Shown: piece by piece, positions 48,073-60,450 of the stretch
Layout: each line of letters starts with the position of its first letter
How positions within the stretch are numbered: position 1 is the stretch's first letter
NCBI RefSeq assembly: GCF_009914755.1
Contig: NC_060947.1
Source: the human T2T-CHM13v2.0 reference genome, Homo sapiens
Length of the DNA: 64,000 bases
Reading direction: 5' to 3' (one strand)
Program-made: the position numbers and the translations under genes
Notes under the pieces: model-generated
What the model saw: the letters and a program-made list of their open reading frames with translations, nothing else
The model's database searches: none
Told to the model about the DNA's origin: nothing

Positions 48073-51000
48073 CCAAATAGCTTCATGCTAGGTAACAGAA
48101 TATGTGTTGATTTTCTCTAGCAATAAATTTCATCTAGTAAAGTAGCTGCAACTGCAGTCACCGTTTGATTAAATTTACCATAAGCCACTGTCGTTCTCCC
48201 ATACCAATCTGTCTTCAGCACAGGCCAATAACAAGTTGAATGGGGATGTGGTGGCAATAACCATCCCTGCAACTTTCAGATTCTCATTCCAACTTTCAGG
48301 ATCCCATTTCTTTCCAATCAATGCTCTAACTTTAATAAAAGACACCTTGAGAGGCTGAAAATTCAGTTTGTGTTGTAATTTAACCACTTGTAGAATGAGA
48401 TTTAGAATTTCGTTTTCAGCAATTTTAGCTCTGCAGCTACAGGAGATAGGTATCTTTTTCAGGAAAGAAATATGAACTTAAAGTGATTTATGCTGAGGTT
48501 GAGCTGGAAATTTGAATTATAGAGCTTTTTCCCCCATGTGTCCATCGACATTAGAAGCAACAAGCCAATCTCATTGTGCTTGTTAGTTTGATAAAAATGT
48601 TTAAAATTATCATATACACAGCCACTCAGATCCCTGATTATTATGTTCCATTATGAGTACCTAATGACAATATTTTGTTTATCTATATTGCCAGATGATG
48701 CCATACACTGTTGGTGTTTCCTTTATTACTGGCAATAGAGTTATTAGTATCTTTAAATCTAATAAGATTAGAGAGCCAGTTCCATAAAACCCAGAACCAC
48801 TTCAGAAAACTCATCCTTAATATTCTATTCCTTTAGAAATACTTCAGGTACCAAAATTTTTATTACTTCTGCTTCTCCAGAGAAACAGAACCAGTAGCAT
48901 CAATAAGATAGATTATAATGAGTTGGCTCACATAATTATGCAGAGTGGCAAGTCTAAATCTGCCGTGTTTGTTGGCAGGCAGAGACCCTGGAGAGCAAAT
49001 GGTGCAGATGAAGTCTGAAGGAAGTCTGCTGGAAAATTCTTTCCTGCTAAAGAAATCTAGTCTTTTTGTTCAATTCAGGCCTTTAACCGATTGGGTGAAG
49101 CCAATACACATTATGGACGGCAATCTGTTTACTCAAAGTTCACTAATTTAAATGTTAATCTCATCCAAAAACACCCTTCAAGTTGACACATAAAATTAAC
49201 TATCCACAAAGTCTTTACCTCTATGGTTTTCATTTCCCAAACTCATAACGCCAGTCTAATTATGAGAAAAAAGTCAGACAAATTCAAATAAAAGGACACT
49301 CTATAAAATTAGAGCAGTACTCCTTTAAACTGTCAAGGTCATCAAAAACAAGGAAAGTCTGGGAAACTGTCACAGCCATGAGGAGCCTAAGAAGTCATGA
49401 CCACTAAATGTAATATGGTATCCTGCAACATAAGAATAGCCATTAGGTATAAACTTTAAAAAACTGAATAAACTATGGACATTAATTAAAAATAATTTGT
49501 CATTATTAGTTCATCAGTTGTGGCAAATAAAACATACTAATATAAGCTGTCAATAATAGAGGAACTGAGTGTGAGGTTAAAAATTAAATTTGTAATTTTC
49601 TGTAAATCTAAACTATTTAAACATGTTTAAAAATTTTACTATACAAAGAGACTGTACTATAGTTCATAAATGTGTTTCTTACAGGGTATGGCTTAATAAT
49701 TCTGAAATTATTTTATTAGTATACTAAGGTTGAAAATTTAAATAATTTGTAGATAATAAGAATCAGGTTTCTCAGTGTTGGAGAAAAATGCAAATAAGAA
49801 AAGGGAGAAGGACTCTGAGTACACTGTCTATGGGGTAGCCCTGCTCTGCAGGAGAAGTCATGAAGCTGTAATATTGCCAGAGCTGTAATACTGCCACTTC
49901 AATAAGGCTGTTTTCTTCTACCCTACCAGTGGCTCACTCTTAAATTCTTTCCTGGGCAAAGCCAATAAGTCTCATGGGCTAAGCCCCAATTTGGGGCTCA
50001 TTTGCCCTGCATCAGCATGGTACCCAAAGTGGGATGAAGAGAGAAGACGGCAGCATGAGAGATGGTTGAAGAAATGGCAGCTGACATTTGGTGATCAACA
50101 GGGTGGCAGTCAGTGAAATGGCATTTGGTGGGATGAACAGTCAGTGGAATGGTAGTCAATGAGGTGGCAGTTGGTGAGATGGTAAAAAATGAAAATTGGT
50201 AAAGACAATGAGCAGAGAGACAGTGAAAGGCAGCAAAGCAGAGCTGTTAACACCTAAGAGCTGTTACACTACCAGCCAAAGGCTATTTTCAGAGCCATCA
50301 TTTTCCTTGGCAGGCAGTAGAACTAAGCAGAAATGCAAGTTGCCTTAATACTGCTGCTTTGTGTGAGACCTGCTGCTCTGACTACCAGACCAATTGGTTT
50401 CTGATCCCCATGATAGCCCTTTTCACCATGGAAGCTTAGCCAACCCAAGCTAAGGGATCCTGAAAAGATCTTCACCTGGGTCCCAAGTGGAAGATTAGTC
50501 AGTGCCATTTTGGTTCCAGTGGACGAGTGAGTGTCCCCTCTGTCCCCACCCCCATAGTATCAAGATAACTAGAGAATAAAATGAAAGCCTTTGGCTAGGT
50601 GATCGGTTAGAAGGTCCCCATCATTTGTGTGCCCCAAGACATGTTTTTGATGTCCCTGCCCCCAGTTCTTTCTCCTCTGATTCCATTTTATTGTTCCAAT
50701 AGTCACTTTATTTTCATTTCTAAAATGTATGTTTTGTTTGCCGTCTTATGTTTGCTTTTAACTTTTTGTTAACTGTGTTTGAGCAATTGTTTAAGGCAGG
50801 ACACTTGGTTGTGGGAGATCTCCCATTGTTTTGACTCTGGGATGCCAGAGTCACTTTGGTGACCCAAACTTGATGTTGGGTTAACTATTGGCCACCCTTC
50901 CAGGTATCCCAGGGGTCTCAGCATTTGGTGTGGGGACCCTCATTGGCTGTAACTCAGGCACCCCAGGTTTTCAGTACTGGTTGTGGCCACCCCCCCAGAT

Positions 51001-51109
51001 GCCCTAGGGTATTTGGTATTGATATTCCCTTTAGGATTTGGGGTAGGGAACTTTGGTTTTGAGAGAGAAAAGTTAGGTAATTAGGGTGGGTCCTTGGTAA
51101 AACTCCTTT

Positions 51110-53262
51110 TTTCTTTATTTTTATTTTTTATTTCCAGAAGTTTTTGGGAAACAGGTGGTATTTGGTTATATGAGTACGTTTTTTAGTGTTGATTTGTGAG
51201 ATTTTGGTGCACCCATCACCTGAGCAGTGTACATTGAACCCAATTTGTAGCCTTTTATCCCTCACCCTTTTCCCACACTTTCCCCCTGAGTCCTCAAAAT
51301 CCATTGTATCATTCTTATACCTTTGCATCCTCACAGCTTAGGTCCCACTTATGAGTGAGAACATACAATATTTGATTTTCCGTTACTGAGTTACTTCACT
51401 TAGAATAATAGCCTCCAATCCCATCCAGGTTGCTAGAAATGCCATTAATTCAATCATTTTTTATGGATGAGTAGTATTAATTTTTTATGGATAAGTAGTA
51501 TTATATATTGCGGGACAAAGACTGGAGAGACCGAAAAAGGTTCAGGAGAGTCTATTAAGGTGATCACTGGCCCAGCCGGACATATGTCCAGAAAGTCTGA
51601 GCCCCGAACAAAGGGCTTTTCCTACTTTTAAACATCTTAAGGCAGAAACTATGTGAGGCAGGAAGCGAGTTACAGAAGCAAGAAACAAAGGCGGCATTGA
51701 AACATATCTTACATTTTGAGAAAGACATGACTTGCGACCTAAACTTATCAGTCTTGTGACCCTGCAGTCGTGCAGGAACTCACTCGGCCTGTAATAAACT
51801 TTGAGGAATGCGGAGTTGGGGAGCATAGCTAAGGTCCACTGTTCACAGAGAGAAGACAGGCTGTTAATATTCTCTTTTAACTTGAGTGTAAGGGGGGGTC
51901 ACACTTTGCAGCAACTTTAATAGGATTTTAAAATTTCTATTACTACTACTATTAGGTTATAGTTGATTTCATTAATTCCTTCATATATATATATATCTAG
52001 ATATATATATATCTACATATATATAAGTTTCTTTATCTACTCATTGATTGATAGGCATTTGGGCTGGGTCCATATTTTTGCAATTGCGAACTATGCTGCT
52101 ATAAGCGTGTGTTCAAGTATCTTTTTCATGTAATGTCTTCTTTTCCTCTGGGTAGATACCCAGTAGTGGGATTGCTGGATCAAATGGTAGTTCTACGTTT
52201 AGTTCTTTAAGGAATCTGTACACTGTTGTACTAGTTTACATTCCCAACAACAGTGAAGAAGTTTCCCTTTTCACCACATCCATGTCAACATCTATTATTT
52301 TTTGGTTTTTTAATTATGGCCATTCTTGTGGGAGTAAAGTGGTATTGCACTGTGGTTTTGATTTGCATTTCCCTGATCATTAGTGATATTGAGCATTCTT
52401 TCATATGTTTGTTGGTTATTTGTATATCTTCTTTTCAGAATTGTCTATTCATGTCCTTAGCCCACTTTTTGATGGGATTGTTTGTTTGTTTGTTTGTTTT
52501 TCTTGCTAGTTTCTTTGAGTTCCTTGTAGATTCTGGATGTTAGTACTTTGTCAGATGTATATATTGTGAAGATACCACTCTTTGGGTTGTCTGTTTACTC
52601 TGCTGAGTATTCCTTTTGCCGTGAGAAAGCTCTTTAGTTTAATTAAGTCCCACCTATTTTTTTGTTTTTGTTTTCGCTGCATTTGCTTTTCGGTTCTTGG
52701 TCATGAAATCTTTGCCTAAGCCAATGTCTAGAAGGATTTTTCGGATGTTATCTTCTAAACTTTTATAGTTTCAGGACTTAGATTTAAGTACTTGATTCAT
52801 CATGAGTTGATTTTTGTATAAGGTGAGTCATGAGGATTCAGTTTTATTCTCCTACATACGGCTTGCCAATTATCCCCACACCATTTGTTGAAAAGGTTGT
52901 CCTTTCCCCCACTTTATGTTTTTGTTTGCTTTGTCAAAGATCAGTTGGCTGTAAGTATTTGGGTTTATTTCTGGGTTCTCTATTCTGTTCCATTGCTCTA
53001 TGTGCCTATTTTCGTACCAGTACCATGCTGTCTTGGTGACTATGGCCTTATAATATAGTTTGAAATCAGGTATTGTGATGCCTCCATATTTGTTCTTTTT
53101 GCTTAGTCTTGCTTTGGCTATGAAGGCTTTTTTTTGGCCCCATGTGAATTTTAGGATTTTTTTTCTTTTTTTTTTTGTAGCTCTGTGAAGAATGATTCTG
53201 GTATTTTGGTGGGAATTGTAGACAACACAAAGAAATGGCAACACATCCCATGCTTATGGATG
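51110..53262 (-). mobile_element. L1PB1-like, 5'-truncated with ~45-bp inversion
   Basis: 14-bp TSD GGTAAAACTCCTTT (51096-51109 and 53263-53276); sense piece at ~53218-53262. Confidence 0.88.
51509..51983 (-). mobile_element. ERVK-class solo LTR (LTR22/HML-5-like)
   Basis: TG..CA ends, 5-bp TSD TATAT; GGGGCTCAGACTTTCTGGACATATGTCCGGCTGGGCCAGTG-type R region; family assignment tentative. Confidence 0.65.
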
Positions 53263-54447
53263 GGTAAAACTCCTTTAAACAGAGAAACAGCCTGAAAAAT
53301 CAGGCTGCAGGCACAGAAAATGAAATTGCAGAAACCTCCAGCTCACTCAGATAAAGGAACAAGGCCCAACAGAAAACGCCTTGTTATTTGTGCCTAAAGA
53401 CATTCCCATGGCTACACTGATAAGGGAACAAGACCCAACATAGAAATGCCTTTGTCTTTTGTATAACCAGTGGGCTTCTAGGAAATAGTCTCTTCTCCTT
53501 TTCTGGGCATGTACATGGTGGGCTCTGGTTCCAGTGGGCACTTTCATTTCTTTTCTGGACATGCTTTGGACTGTGAGCTGAGCCACTATGAATAATCACT
53601 TCATTCTCTGGTCCCAGGCCAATGTCTCAGACCAAGCTTTCACTTCATCTCCTGATTGGTCCCGGGCCAAGGTCCTGGGCCAGGCTGAGTAATACTTTCT
53701 CCAAGACCAGTCAGCACATTTCTTCCCTTCCCAGTCTGTAAAACCGCCAGACCCAGCCTCATAGTGGACAACCCACTCAGCCCTCCCTCTCCACTGCAGA
53801 GAACTTTCTATTGCTTATTAAACTTTCACTCCTACCTCACTCTTTGTGTCCACACTTCTTAATTTTCTTGGCCATGAGACACAGAACTCTGGGTGATACC
53901 TAACAATGACAGACTGCTACAGTGTGGTACATTCATGAGAGTGTAACAGTTTCACTTTATTTTTTGCCCTGAAGAAAGAAGTATTATTTCCTAATAGCCA
54001 GTTTCTGACCCTCTCCTGTATACTAACTTTCTACTGCTTTGTTGAAGCCCCTCTTGATAAGAAAACCTGGGATTTACCAAGCCTCTGGCTTGATGAACAG
54101 CCTCCTAAAGCTGTATACAAGTGGCCATCCAACATTTTTTTTCAGTGTTTCTGTTGCTTTGTAGGTTATTAAGCAAGTCCAGGCCTCTGAGGTCTCCACT
54201 TGGGCAATGCTGTTGACTCCTTCTCTTGTCCCTCCCACAATAATCATTTGTTAAGCCCCCCTCTCTTCCCAACCCTTGCTACCTGTGGAATTTAGGCTCA
54301 GCAACAAACTGTTCATTTGCAGTTCATAATCTGCCTTTGTAACACATTGCTATCTATATTTTGTAGAAAGTGGGAAATTTAAAGAGAAAAGTAATAATTT
54401 GTTAAACTTAGGTTAACTGAAACCCCCTGTAGAGATCCTTACTGAAC

Positions 54448-55990
54448 ATGGGGACAACAATAAGCATCCAAAAAGACTTGCCACTACTTGGGTGTCTTTT
54501 AGACAATTGGAGCACATTCGAATTATTAAGCAAATTGAAAAAGAAAACCTCATTTACTATTGCAATAATGTTTGGGTTCAATACAAAGTGTCAAACCAAC
54601 AGATTTGGCCTAGGCATGTTTCCTTAAGTTATAATTATATTGTACAATTAGATTTGCTTTGTGAAAAGTAAGAAAAATGGGAAGAAGTTCCTTATGTACA
54701 GGCTTTTATGGCCCTCTACCAGGATTCTAAAGGCTAGCTGTAGAATGTGGCTTATGATATTCCCAGGCACCCAGAAGCTACACCAGATATCCTAGATTAC
54801 TGCCTGCTAGCTGTTCCCCCTAGGACACTCATGCCCCTACTTCAGAGCCTCCTCAGTCCCCTAGTTATGAGGGGGGCCCTACCTGTTCTCTAATGCAGGA
54901 TTATACCCCAAGGTCATCAGGTACCCATTTTCCTTATCCAACAAGCCCTGGCCCATATCCCCCACTGCTTGAGGAAGTAAGCCCAAGCAATACCACCAGG
55001 AGTGGGACCCCATATGAGCCCCCAAAATCAAACTTGTGTCCATCATGGGGGGTAGCTAATGGAGATGAAAAAAAAAATCAGAGTATATGTGCCTTTTTCC
55101 ATGTCTGATTTGGCTTTAAGCAATGAAAAAGTTGGTTGATTTTTGGAAGATCCAGGGAAGTTTGTAGAAAAATTTGTTAAGTTGACCATGTATTTTGATT
55201 TCACTTGGCATAACATGCAAATATTATTATCTGATTTTTGTACTGCAGAAGAAAAATAATTCTAGGTACTGCTCATGAACATGCAGATGGAGTGGCTGTG
55301 TGTAATGCAGGCCATGCCATTTATAATATGGGAGGAGATGCAGTTCCAGAGCTAGACAATCAATGGAATTACCAGAGAGGGTCTCAAGATCTTGAATGCA
55401 GAAATTGTATGCTGAAAATGTGGGTAGTTAAGCCAGTTAATTATGATAAGGTGAGAGAAGTAACTTGGGAGAAAGTTAAAATTCTCACTCTATTTTAGGG
55501 CTGTTTGGTTGAGGCACTCAGAAAATATAATAATAGAGTCCCAGAATCCCCAGAAGGATGAGCTCTCCTGGGTGTGCCTTGTATTACTTCATCTTCCCCT
55601 AACGTTGGGAGGAAGCTATAATATAAAAAGTAGCAATGGGACCCCAAATCCCTATTAGTCAACTCTTAGACATTGCCTTTGGGGTGTGCAACAATTGAGA
55701 TAGGGCAGAGAAAGAGGCAAATACCAAAAGACTTAGCCAAAAAGCACAATTATTAGTGTTATTAGTGGCTGCTTTAGGCCCCTTGCTGCCTCAGGGTTAT
55801 CCACCTTGAAAGAAAGTGGTAAAATTAGCATCTAGGATGCTCAGATAAGAGCCCTTCACTCACCAACTTCTTGGCCAAAAATAAATATGCCTTCTGTAAG
55901 CAAGAAGGCCACTGGAGGAAGGACTTCCCCAGGCTAAAGAGAGAGCATGAGACACCCAGACCCATAATAGCCAAGAAAGCAGAGGCCTAA
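54448..55990 (+). pseudogene. gag: ERV gag (MA-CA-NC), disrupted
   Basis: MG start; ..QLDLLC..WEEVPYVQAFMALY; PGPYPPL..TRSGTPY; degenerate zinc knuckle AFCKQEGHWRKDFP (~55890-55930). Confidence 0.85.
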
Positions 55991-58790
55991 TGGGGACTCG
56001 GGACCTCTACAGCTCTTACTGGACACCTTACCATCTCCATGGTGTAGCCTCAGTTAACCCTTGATGTAACAGGTACAAATATTAAGTTTGTGTTGGAAAT
56101 TAGAGCATTCTTCCCGGTTATAAACCATTTCTTCTGGGCCACTGTCTTTCCACTCTTGTACAATAACAAGAATTTATGGCCAGCCAAAAATTAGGAGATT
56201 CACCCACCTCCTTCATTGCACTGTGGTGGACCATACATTTTCCCACAGGTTATTACTTATGCCTGAGTATTCTATCTCTCTACTGTGGAAAGACTTACTT
56301 TTCCAATTACAGGCCACAGTTTAATTTGGGGTGCCTCATGAGAAGGCAGCAAGCCAGGAAGGGACATTTTTCCTAGCTCTAAGTTCTTGCCTTAACACAG
56401 AGAAGGAGAAGATCCCCATTCTACTGCATATCACTTCTCAAGTAAGGGAACTACAGTTAAGAGAACTACAGTTAACTACAGTCTCTCTTACAATATGTAA
56501 ATGATCTATTAATTTCTAGCCCTACTAGGGAAGACTCTGACAGAAACACAATTCAGCTCCTTAATTTTCTGGGAAAGTGAGGGTGTCAGATATTACCCAA
56601 CAAGGCCCAGATCTCTGTGAAAAAGGTTAAATATTAGGGGTATGTGCTCACTTCTGAGACAAGAACTTTGGCCCAGGAATTAAAAGAGACCATCCTGTCA
56701 CTCCAGCCCCCTCAGACTAAGACTCTTTTGGAAAATGGCAGGATTCTGCCAGATCTAGATTCCTAGGTTTGGGATTATACAAAAGGCACTCTATGAATGT
56801 TTAAAATGGAGGGACCACAAGCCTTTGAATTCATATGGAACCTTCCAACATCCATTCTCAACCCTAAAGAAAACCTGAAATTAGCTCCTGCTTTGGGAGT
56901 CCCTAACATAGAAAATCCTTTCACCTACTATGTGTTTGAAAAACAAGGGATGACTTTGGGCATCCTAACTCAAAGGGTTGGAAATAGCCCTAGACCAGTG
57001 GTTTACTTTTATTGAAAGCTAGACCAGATGAAAACTGTATGGCCAGGATGCTTGTGAGCTGTGGCTGCCACCACTCTATCAATAGAAGCCAGTAAGTTTA
57101 CCTTCGGACAACAATTAGATGTTGCAAACCTTCCACCATGTACAGGGTGTCCTAGAAGCAAAAGGATACCAATAACTAACATGAAGTCACTTACTTAAAT
57201 ATCAAGCTCTTCTGCTTGACACCCCAGGTTTGCCCTTAAAGTATGTTGAGTTTTAAACCCTGCTATCCTGTTTCCAGACTTCACATCCCACGAAATGAAT
57301 CCCCAACTCATTCAATCCTGTGTAGAAATCATAGGATGGACCAACTCTAACCTCAAAAATGAATCTCTTCCTAATCCCAATATTGAGTGGCTTACAAATG
57401 GGAGTGGCGTTATGCATGAGGGAGTAAGAAGGGTCGTTATATGGTAGCTAGCCAATAAGAGATCATTGAGGCAAAAGTTTGCCACCCCAGACTTCAGTGC
57501 AAAAGTGGAACTAATTGCTTTAATTAGGGCCCTCCAGTTGGGAAAAGACTTAAGAGTCAATATATTTACCAATTCCAAATACGGGTTTGTATGCTACATG
57601 CTCATGCTGCTATATGGAAAGAAAGGAAACTGCTAACAGCTAAAGAATCCCCCATACATCAATCTGAGATCTTCGAACTTTTAGATACTGTCCAGCTCCC
57701 AAAGGAGGTAGCAATTATTCATACCAAAAGGCAGACACTTCTATTATCAAAGGAAATGCTCTGGCAAACAGAGCAGCTAAGACCATAACTAAAGCAACAC
57801 AGGTAGTACAGACCACTGTATTAATGCCAGGTACTCCACCCATGTCAGCAACACCATACTATACCCCTGAGGAAATTAAATGGGCAGAACAGAAAAGTTC
57901 ACAAAGAATCCCTCAGGATGGTTACTAGGAAGCAACAAACTCTTTCTTCCCAAGGCTGAGCAAATGAAAAATATTTAAGTATTTTCATAACTCCTCACAT
58001 TTGGAATGGAACTCCCTATTCAAACTGGTTTTTCAAATCTTCTTAGGAAAGAAACTATTCCAGACTGCAAAAAGGGTAACCAGGGTCTGTGAACTTGTGC
58101 CCATAATAACCCAGAAAGCCACCACATACTCCCATTCCTACTCAGAGCTGTACAACATTGGGGAACACACCCTTGAGAAGACTGACAAATGAATTTAAAT
58201 CAGATGCCATTATACAGGAATTAAAAATATTTGTTAATATTTATATACTCTTTCACTGGGTGAATAGAGACATTCCCACAAGGATAGAGAAGGCAATAGA
58301 AGTATTCAAATTTTTGTTTAAATTATCCAAAGGTTTGGTTTACATAAAAGTCTGTGGGGTAAAAACTGACCCTCCTTCACAGCTAAAGTGACACAGCAGG
58401 CATTCTCGGCCTTAGGTACTGTTTGATGAAGAGATACATAGAATGCTCGCCAATATTATCAACTTAGACCAGGTTCAAAAGGCCCATCAAGCCTATGGAA
58501 ACAAAATATTTTCCTATCCCACAAGGAAAAGAATTAACCCCCCTATCCAACCCAGGAGACTTAGTCTTGCTAAAAACTTGTAAAGAAGGATCCCCTGAGG
58601 ATCATTTACAACCAAAATGGAAGGACTCCTATCAGATGTTGTTGAGTGCCCCCACTATTGTTAAACTTCAGGGAATAACTAGTTGAGTACAACTATTTAA
58701 GATTAAACCTGTTTGTTATGAGTTGCAGGTACAAAAGAAGGACACCATAATCTACATCTATGAGGCCTTGGAGGACTTCTGCTACCTATT
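55991..58790 (+). pseudogene. pol: ERV pro-pol, disrupted and internally deleted
   Basis: LQYVNDLL (YxDD remnant, 56494-56505); RNase H ..VELIALIRALQLGKDLRVNIFTNSKY; integrase C-terminus PGDLVLLK..QPKWKDSY. Confidence 0.85.
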
Positions 58791-58989
58791 TTTAAATAAA
58801 ATTTATTCTTTTAAGAATAAATACCCAGACAGGAGTGGTAATGTGATGCTGTAGGAAGGAATAGGAATTTAATTTTTCTCTTCTTCCTGATTATAATACT
58901 TCTTTTCTGTCGCTTTAGCCAACTTCTTGGGAAAGACCTTTTTTGTCCTTCTTGGGTGTAGATGCCACTCTAAGGCTCAACCAGATGCC

Positions 58990-60450
58990 ATGTTGTCATT
59001 GTTTGTCCTGTTTGCTCTTCTGATTACCTGATCAACTGGGGGTGGGAACATAACTCTATGGTAAATATTTCAAAAATCATAGCATCATTTTGCTGGATTT
59101 GTAATCAATATCCTCGAGACAGAGAATTCTATCTTTGGGCTTGCCTAGAAAATCATATGACCATCCCCCGCAACCCTATAACTCACCATAGAAATCCTGA
59201 AATACCCAAACCCCTACATGTTAAGTGAAACTCTCTCCCACTTAATGGATTCCACCTGGACATCCACAATCACTATTACCTGGACCTGGGAGGTTGAGTG
59301 TCTATATCTCTGTTGCACTAATGATTCTACCTTTTGCTCCCACTGTTGTGTTAATGATACAAAACTGGAAGCTTTCCTGTGATGCTCTGATCCAACTTTA
59401 GTTGCCAAGCTCCCAAAGCCACAATAAGGTAAATGGGATCCTACTTGTAAGCAAGGAGACCATATATTAGGGCCTTCTCCTGGATCAGAACATACAAGGA
59501 AAAAACAGCTGCCTGGTATGGGAAGGTGGAAACACTGCCCCCTTCTGGAAAACAAAGATTGTTCAGCCACTCCCATTGGAACAGGAGAAAAAATATCTCT
59601 ATAGGCCCGACTTGGCAGCAAAGGATAAACATCACACACAGTAGGGCCTCTGTGTCCCAACTGGGCTTATTTTTGTTTGTGGCCATGAATGGGAAGAAGT
59701 CACATGCTGTAACTGCTGTCAACTCCACAGGCAGCCACCTGTTCTTCTGGGAGTAGCTTTCCCTTGTATATTGTAAAGTTGGAACAGAGGTGAATGTTTG
59801 TTGACCACCCTTTCCCCTCCAGGAGTCACTTTATATAACCCCATAAGAGCCAAGAAACAAGCAATAGGGTTAATTCTGGCAGGAATTGGGGCAGTAATAG
59901 AATTAGCAGCACCCTTGGTAAACCCTAAAGAACTTGACTCAAACCCTAGAGTTCTTAGCCATCAGCACAGGTCAGGCACAAAAAGGAATTCAAGAATCTT
60001 TAGACTATTTGACAAATGTAGTTCCTGATAACAGACTAGCATTGGATTATTTACTAGTGGAACAAGGTGGAGTCTGTGTACATATTAACCTGCTCTACAT
60101 ATATTAACAACTCTGGACAAGTTGAGATTAACATTCAAAGATCTATGAGTAAGCTACCTAGTTACACAGATATAACAAGGGCACTAATTCCAACTATTTC
60201 TGGTTGACTATCAAAAGTGCCTTCCCAGGTCTCATATGTTTTTTAACTTTTCTGGGACCTTTAATAGCTGTCTTGTTGTTACTAATTTTTGGCCCTTGCT
60301 TGTTTAATCTCTAAGTAAAGTTTGTGTCTTCTAGATTACAACAGTTTCAGGTAAAGACAATGCTGGCATAAGCCTTCCAACCCATCCTGCCTGCTCACCC
60401 AGAGAATGAAAGGATCCTGCCTCTGGGCCCCTTATATCAGGTATTCAGAG
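58990..60450 (+). pseudogene. env: ERV env (ERVV/MER66-like), disrupted
   Basis: CWIC (59091-59102); RAKKQ followed by fusion peptide AIGLILAGIGA; ISD DNRLALDYLLVEQGGVC (from 60027); TM FLGPLIAVLLLLIFGPCLFNL. Confidence 0.85.

Larger units (their letters stand above)
51060..53948 (+). mobile_element. MER61-like solo LTR nested in the provirus leader, split by L1PB1
   Basis: TGAGAGAG..GTGTAACA; 4-bp TSD GTTT (51056-51059 and 53949-53952); same family as 26669-27348. Confidence 0.82.

Noticed and set aside
59214-59660. 148-aa minus-strand ORF antisense to env
   Set aside because: No recognisable domain; expected by chance in a decayed ERV.
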